Below are positions 48,726 to 53,401 of a DNA stretch of 53,401 nt, piece by piece. The notes beneath the pieces are model-generated. The model searched no databases. It had not been told where the DNA came from and saw only the letters and a list, made by a program, of their open reading frames with translations. The first letter of the stretch is position 1. Each line of letters opens with the position of its first letter. The DNA is from Candidatus Ozemobacteraceae bacterium (GTDB lineage: Bacteria > Muiribacteriota > Ozemobacteria > Ozemobacterales > Ozemobacteraceae), in assembly GCA_036567845.1 (NCBI GenBank), contig DATCTT010000376.1, positions 1 through 53,401 of the forward strand, written 5' to 3'. A program made the position numbers and the translations under genes.

Positions 48726-49559
48726 TCAGCGCATCGGCCAGGGAAGATTGGTCGGCAGCGGGAAGAGATTGGGCGGCGGCAGCGGGATCCCGTCGATATC
48801 GACGGGAAACGCGCTGTCAGCCTTTGGCGCTGGTGCGAAGGTTTCGGCCAGCAGGCGCCTGATCACGTCGCGCTCGTCGGCCGGGGTCTCCTGCCAGTTG
48901 CGGTCGATCAGGGCTCGGTGGATGTCGGCGTTCGCAAGCCAATTCCGGCCGGCCGGCGTAAGAGTCGGCAACCGGCGCAGAATGGCCGCCCCGATCGCCT
49001 GACGTTCCGGTTCACTCCAGGCGACAACACGCCGGTCACGGAACCTGAGAGCCATCTGAACCAGTTCGAGAAGCGCATCAACCGACCGCCGGGTCACCGG
49101 CGGGGTCCCCGCAGCGACGACATCGGTCTCCATGGCATTGATCTTCCGGATCACCCGGGAAATTCCGAGCCCGGGTGCGCGATCCGCTTCGCCGACCAGC
49201 ACGTCGCGCAGGATGAGCCGGTATTTGCCCTGCTGTTCAGCCGGTGTGGAGCAGACTTCCTTCCACAGTTCCTTCAGCTCCTTCAGGTCGGCGAGCAGGT
49301 CGCCCCGGAACTCGAGATACTCCTGCATCAGCGCCGTCCGCACCTGCTCCTGTTCAGCCTGGGTCATCGCAAGGCCGAAGCCGAACTCGACACAGTTGTT
49401 GAAGACGTTGGCCTGGCCCACAAGCAGGGGCGGTTCTCCCGGCACGAGCACACGGGCTGCCGCTGGCCCCTCGAGCGGGTACCAGGTGATATCGGCGGCG
49501 CCAGCCATCATGCCGGCACAAAGCATATAAATACAAACAATTATAATAGTTCTCATCAT
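48726..49559 (-). CDS. Hypothetical secreted protein with a signal peptide. It is the last gene of a four-gene overlapping operon.
   Basis: MMRTIIIVCIYMLCAGMMAGAAD signal peptide. ATGA overlap with the upstream PAS-PP2C gene. Confidence 0.5.
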   Translation of the reverse strand: MMRTIIIVCIYMLCAGMMAGAADITWYPLEGPAAARVLVPGEPPLLVGQANVFNNCVEFGFGLAMTQAEQEQVRTALMQEYLEFRGDLLADLKELKELWKEVCSTPAEQQGKYRLILRDVLVGEADRAPGLGISRVIRKINAMETDVVAAGTPPVTRRSVDALLELVQMALRFRDRRVVAWSEPERQAIGAAILRRLPTLTPAGRNWLANADIHRALIDRNWQETPADERDVIRRLLAETFAPAPKADSAFPVDIDGIPLPPPNLFPLPTNLPWPMR

Positions 49560-50695
49560 ATCACCTCCAGGACCATCAGACTCTGGTCGTCATGCGGGGC
49601 TTTTTTCTGCGCGAGCCGGTTCAGATACCCAACCAGCTCGTTAAATGGTTCCGCCCCGCGGGAAACGATGTCGGCAAGCGCCGTCCTCAGCCATTTCTGC
49701 TGTTCGACCGACGCATCGCCCCTGTGAACCTCCTGCACCCCATCCGTGAAACACACGACCCGGCTGCCCGGCGGCAGAGCCACCTCGAAATCGGGCCAGG
49801 AATCCTGCACCCCAAGCCCCACCGGAGGCCCCTCACCTCCGATCGTCGAGATCCCCCCTTCGGGCCCGATGACGAAGGGGTGCTCGTGACCTGCACACGC
49901 GCCCCGAAGCACGCATTCCGTCGCGCTCCACCGCAGGCAGATCATCGTGATGAACAAGGTGAAACGGTCCCCGATGAAGCCGTTCAACCGCCCGTTCAGC
50001 CGTGAAATCAGATCCGAGGGAGACAAGGCCCGCCCGGTCTCCTCATGCATGTATTCATGGATCAGCGGCACGAACTGGGAGGCAAACAGCCCCTTTCCCA
50101 TGATGTCGCCCAGAATGAGCCACCCCCCGTCCGCCTCTTTCTGAACGAACATCACATCCCCCCCGACGACCTGGGACTGTTTGTTCCAGATCTGGATGCG
50201 GGCGCGGGGAAACGAGGCAAGCTCCGCGGGCATGAGACTCTTCTGGATATTTCTGGCAAGCTCGATCTGGAGATCGAGACCCGCGTGGCGTTCTTTCAGC
50301 TCGGCATTCGTCTTTTTCAGGGCAGCCTCGAGCTGATGCCGCTCGGTGGTGTCGCGGGCCACCATGACGGAGCCGGCCACACGCCCGTCGGTGTCGATGA
50401 GCGGGGAAGCCGTGATCGAGAGCCACCGGTCGCGCACGGGAATCTCGGCACGATACGGGGAATCCGGGGCGAACTTCCCGAGAATCTCGGTGATTTTCCA
50501 GGGGCAGCGGTGGCACGATGCCATCTCTTTCCCCTGAATGGACTCGAATGCCACGCTGAGAATTCGTTCTGCCTGGGTGTTCAGATACAGAACCCGGCCT
50601 TCGGCGTCGGCGATGACGAGACCATCGCCAAGCGAGTTGAGAAGTCCTTTGACGAATGGATTTTCGACCAAGCCCTTGAGACGATATTCGGTCAT
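49556..50695 (-). CDS. PAS-domain PP2C-family (SpoIIE-type) serine phosphatase.
   Basis: An N-terminal PAS block (LGDGLVIADAEGRVLYLN.QAERIL) followed by SpoIIE motifs (GGDVMFV, LILGDIMGKG, CFTDGVQE, DDQSLMVLEV). Confidence 0.7.
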   Translation of the reverse strand: MTEYRLKGLVENPFVKGLLNSLGDGLVIADAEGRVLYLNTQAERILSVAFESIQGKEMASCHRCPWKITEILGKFAPDSPYRAEIPVRDRWLSITASPLIDTDGRVAGSVMVARDTTERHQLEAALKKTNAELKERHAGLDLQIELARNIQKSLMPAELASFPRARIQIWNKQSQVVGGDVMFVQKEADGGWLILGDIMGKGLFASQFVPLIHEYMHEETGRALSPSDLISRLNGRLNGFIGDRFTLFITMICLRWSATECVLRGACAGHEHPFVIGPEGGISTIGGEGPPVGLGVQDSWPDFEVALPPGSRVVCFTDGVQEVHRGDASVEQQKWLRTALADIVSRGAEPFNELVGYLNRLAQKKAPHDDQSLMVLEVI

Positions 50696-51405
50696 GAGAG
50701 GAATCCGTGCTCCCGGAAGCTGAAGTAGCCACCACCTTCGCGGCCAAGGATGAGATGATCGAGAAGCCGGATGTCCAGGGTGCGGGCCGCCGCCTCGAGC
50801 GCCCGGGTGATCTCGTGGTCCGCCGCGGAAGGGGTTAGATGGCCGGTGGGATGGTTGTGCGCCACGAGAATACCCGTGGCATGCAGCGCGAGGGCGCGCC
50901 TCATCACCATTTTCGGGTATACCGGGGTCTGGTCTTCGGTCCCGCTGGAGAGCCGCTCGTCAGCCAGAACGGTGTTGGCGTTGTCGAGAAACACGACGTG
51001 AAACTGTTCGACCGGCAGGTTCGACATGAGGGCCGAAAGATACGTGACCGCCGCCCGCGCATCGCCGAGCCGGGGCGTGGCTCCGAAGGTGCGATGCCGC
51101 AGGACATGCTGGGAAATATCGCGCACGAGATGCAGGAACCGCGCGGAAACGTGGCTCAGGCCGCCCTCTTCCATCAGGCGCTCCCGGGAAGCGGCAAACA
51201 CGCCGGGAAGATCGCGAAACAGGTGCAGAAGCCGCTTGGCATCCGGCTTCGTGTCGCGCCGCGGTATCGAGAAGAACAGCAGAAACTCGAGAATCTCGTG
51301 CTCGGCGAAGCCGTTGAGGCCCGACCGGTCATACCGCTCGCGGACACGCTGCCGATGCCCCTCCGGCCCTGTGCCGTCAGGGCGCCGCCAGGGCCCGTGC
51401 CGCAC
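50692..51405 (-). CDS. RadC-like JAB-domain protein (UPF0758 / DNA repair protein RadC family).
   Basis: JAMM motif HNHPTGHLTPSAADHEIT and the upstream HhH-like region. The start is uncertain. The longest ORF reaches 51525 but would overlap the upstream gene by 64 bp. The in-frame GTG at 51405 gives a typical 237-aa RadC. Confidence 0.6.
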   Translation of the reverse strand: MRHGPWRRPDGTGPEGHRQRVRERYDRSGLNGFAEHEILEFLLFFSIPRRDTKPDAKRLLHLFRDLPGVFAASRERLMEEGGLSHVSARFLHLVRDISQHVLRHRTFGATPRLGDARAAVTYLSALMSNLPVEQFHVVFLDNANTVLADERLSSGTEDQTPVYPKMVMRRALALHATGILVAHNHPTGHLTPSAADHEITRALEAAARTLDIRLLDHLILGREGGGYFSFREHGFLS

Positions 51406-51461
51406 GGATGGCCATGATCCGGGCTGGGGCGGGCGGGGCGGATATTTCGGGTCCTGGCCGT

Positions 51462-52361
51462 TCAGGCGGTGCCTCCCGCGATGGAGCAGGACGAACCAGG
51501 CTCGATCTCGCTGTTGAGATACCAATCGTCATGCTCGACTTCGAACACGTTCGCATGGAGGCTGGAGAGGATTCCTTTGCCCTGCTGGGTCAGTCGCAGA
51601 TAGGGCAGAATCTCGCGGATATGCGGATAAACCGTCTTCCAGTAGAATCTCGGGTAGATTTTTTTCAGATCGGCCGGGCTGTTGTACCCGAACTTTTTGT
51701 CCAGGCCGACTTCGACGAACTCGTAATACAGCGCGATCAGCTTCTTGAGATATCGCGGGTCGCTGAGCTGGCCGATCAGGTCGGCGGCCCGCACGATGTT
51801 GGCATACCCGATGCCATCCGCTCCGCTGCCGGTCGAAGGGAAGCGGGTCGTTTCGATGTTTGCGGAGAGCACGTCAGGCTTGATAAGCTGGTGCATCCCG
51901 AACCGCTCCCAGACAAAGAGCTTGGCCCGGTCGACATGGTAGGGGGTCAGAGCCGCATCCGAGCTGCCGAAACCGAGCCGCACGGTCTCCTCGCCCTTCC
52001 CTGTGGCGTAGACGCCGGGCCGGTCGGCGCGGCAGATGCCTTTCACATACCCGATGTCATGGCAGGTGAGGGAGATGATGCAGTGCATCCAGTCGGAAGG
52101 GGAAACGCCGGTCTGTCGGAGCTGCCGGCCGCGGAGGATCTCCTGGCCGACGAGGGTGACGAGAATGGTGTGTTCGACGTTGTGATACAGCGCATCGCTG
52201 TTCGCGATATTCTCGAGAGCCATTCCGGCTGCCCAGCAGATGATGTCGGCGTATTCGGGGTTCTGTCCGCCGAAACTGCGGCGATACCCGTCACGCAGAC
52301 GGCGGATGAACTCGTCGATCATCAGTTCCACGGCGTTGAACATGGTGTACCTCTCATTCAT
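51462..52361 (-). CDS. Hypothetical HD-domain-like metal-dependent phosphohydrolase. First gene of the operon.
   Basis: H..H (HNVEHT) and HD (CHDIGY) spacing as in the HD superfamily. It has natural amino-acid composition, unlike the antisense ORF on the + strand. Confidence 0.45.
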   Translation of the reverse strand: MNERYTMFNAVELMIDEFIRRLRDGYRRSFGGQNPEYADIICWAAGMALENIANSDALYHNVEHTILVTLVGQEILRGRQLRQTGVSPSDWMHCIISLTCHDIGYVKGICRADRPGVYATGKGEETVRLGFGSSDAALTPYHVDRAKLFVWERFGMHQLIKPDVLSANIETTRFPSTGSGADGIGYANIVRAADLIGQLSDPRYLKKLIALYYEFVEVGLDKKFGYNSPADLKKIYPRFYWKTVYPHIREILPYLRLTQQGKGILSSLHANVFEVEHDDWYLNSEIEPGSSCSIAGGTA

Positions 52362-52438
52362 TCGGTGGGCGTATGACTGCCCGTTCGTCTAGCATAACAG
52401 CAAGATCCGCGGGGATCAACCATGCCCGCGATGCCTCG

Positions 52439-52468
52439 TTGACATCCGCCGAACGCGCCCGGTAGGAT
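52439..52468 (+). promoter_or_regulatory. Sigma70-type promoter, TTGACA-N18-TAGGAT, for the 52532 gene. It lies in the divergent region with the HD-domain operon.
   Basis: It has the same -35/-10 hexamers as the promoter at 3199. Confidence 0.45.
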
Positions 52469-52531
52469 GAATGGACGCAGACAGAAGACGCCGGCCCCCG
52501 TGCCGGCCAACGATGCAGGGAGGATACCGGC

Positions 52532-53401
52532 ATGCCGCATTTCCGAACGTTCGTCACGTCCAACCTTTTGAAACTTCTGGCGGTGCTCGTGATGGCCATG
52601 TCCGGCGTGACGGCCGCGCTGGCCGAAGCCCAGATCCCGTCTCTGCCAGGGATCGCCTCGGGTCCCACCGGCCAAGTGTCGGAGCGGGTCCGCTATATCC
52701 CGTATGACGACACGAAGCAGCTTTTCGAGCAGAATCCCAGGTTTCTGCTGCTTCCGCGGAACACATATGAGGAGCTGCGGAACGCGAAAGAGGCGTTCCT
52801 TGCACGGCATCCGGCAAGCCCACTGCCCCGCCTCGATATCGACTTCGTGTTCGGTGGGGCTGAGTATCGTGTCGTGGTGCGCAACCGGGTAGCACACGTC
52901 GAGGGACGGATCTGGTTCGAGATGCCCAACCCCCGCTGGGCGACCCTGCCGCTGCCCGGGGGCGACCTCGGCTTCGAATGGGTGACACTCGATGGGAAGC
53001 CAGCGGGCATCGCGCCGGCACCGTTCGCGGGCATCCAGGATGAAGCCGCCCCACGCGGACAGGTCGAGCTGCTCCAGAAGCGGTTCAACGCCGTCCGCAG
53101 CCCTCGTCTGGCGGTTCCGGCAGGTCCCTCGTCGCGACGTCAGCCGCAGAACAACGATTTCCTGCTGGCCGTTCAGGGCCCGGGAAGCCACGAACTGCGG
53201 TTCTCGCTGTTCTGCCCGCAGATCGATGATGTCGAGCGGAACGAGATCACGTTCCGGATCCCGCGGGTGCCCACGAACGACGTGCGGGTCACCGTCGACA
53301 GCCCCGACCAGTTCGGTGAGATCGACCGTTCGGAAGGGCTCGAGCAAGGCTCTTCGACCGATGGAACCTGGTTTTCCGGCATCCTCGGCCCGACCGACCG
53401 C
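52532..53401 (+). CDS. Hypothetical secreted protein, 3'-truncated by the window end. It has a signal peptide (MPHFRTFVTSNLLKLLAVLVMAMSGVTAALAEA).
   Basis: It is not in the supplied ORF table because no stop is reached. I translated it by hand from the ATG at 52532, preceded by GCAGGGAGGA, to the window end without a stop. It has a signal peptide and balanced composition. The listed antisense ORF 52358..53347 is Arg/Pro-rich junk. Confidence 0.55.
   Translation, partial: MPHFRTFVTSNLLKLLAVLVMAMSGVTAALAEAQIPSLPGIASGPTGQVSERVRYIPYDDTKQLFEQNPRFLLLPRNTYEELRNAKEAFLARHPASPLPRLDIDFVFGGAEYRVVVRNRVAHVEGRIWFEMPNPRWATLPLPGGDLGFEWVTLDGKPAGIAPAPFAGIQDEAAPRGQVELLQKRFNAVRSPRLAVPAGPSSRRQPQNNDFLLAVQGPGSHELRFSLFCPQIDDVERNEITFRIPRVPTNDVRVTVDSPDQFGEIDRSEGLEQGSSTDGTWFSGILGPTDR

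Noticed and set aside
51408-52376. 322-aa plus-strand ORF
   Set aside because: Antisense to the HD-like gene. It has an Asp/Gly/Ala/Val-rich shadow composition and no RBS.
52358-53347. 329-aa minus-strand ORF at the window end
   Set aside because: Its translation is Arg/Pro/Gly-rich with no motifs. The plus-strand frame over the same DNA has an RBS, a signal peptide and normal composition, so the plus-strand gene was called instead.

Overview
This is a GC-rich (about 60%+) bacterial chromosomal segment. The genes are densely packed on both strands, and I found no rRNA, tRNA, CRISPR array or obvious mobile element.

Housekeeping content:
- A ribosomal/aminoacyl-tRNA synthetase block in the order infC, rpmI, rplT, a TrmH/SpoU-family RNA methyltransferase, pheS, pheT.
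- tkt, udk, ychF, sppA and a ferritin.
- An Old Yellow Enzyme-family flavin oxidoreductase, an APC-family permease and a CNT-family nucleoside transporter.
- An orphan [FeFe]-hydrogenase maturase hydE, which points to an anaerobic host.

Accessory and unusual content:
- The 5'-truncated first gene is a clear homologue of the eukaryotic major vault protein (MVP: last repeat domain, shoulder, cap-helix and cap-ring).
- About 33 kb downstream lies a secreted protein with a VIT (vault protein inter-alpha-trypsin) domain and a von Willebrand factor A (vWA) domain, the same pair found in the vault component VPARP.
- An orphan minor-pilin/pseudopilin operon (two prepilin-type proteins, an 830-aa PilX_N-like membrane protein and a membrane protein) with no ATPase, platform or secretin in the window.
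- A secreted protein carrying a perfect (Ser-Gly-Gln)n nucleotide tandem-repeat array and a glycine-zipper-like C-terminal region.
- A signalling neighbourhood: a membrane PP2C phosphatase, a methyltransferase, a GAF-GGDEF diguanylate cyclase directly preceded by a STAS anti-sigma antagonist (HsbA/HsbD-like), a second PAS-PP2C phosphatase, and a GAF-GAF-PAS class III nucleotidyl cyclase.
- A Bacillus-type transcription-attenuator leader upstream of infC, with a probable non-AUG (AUC) start codon.
- Two conserved TTGACA-N17/18-TAGGAT promoters and several well-formed intrinsic terminators.

Many long antisense 'shadow' ORFs typical of high-GC DNA were rejected.
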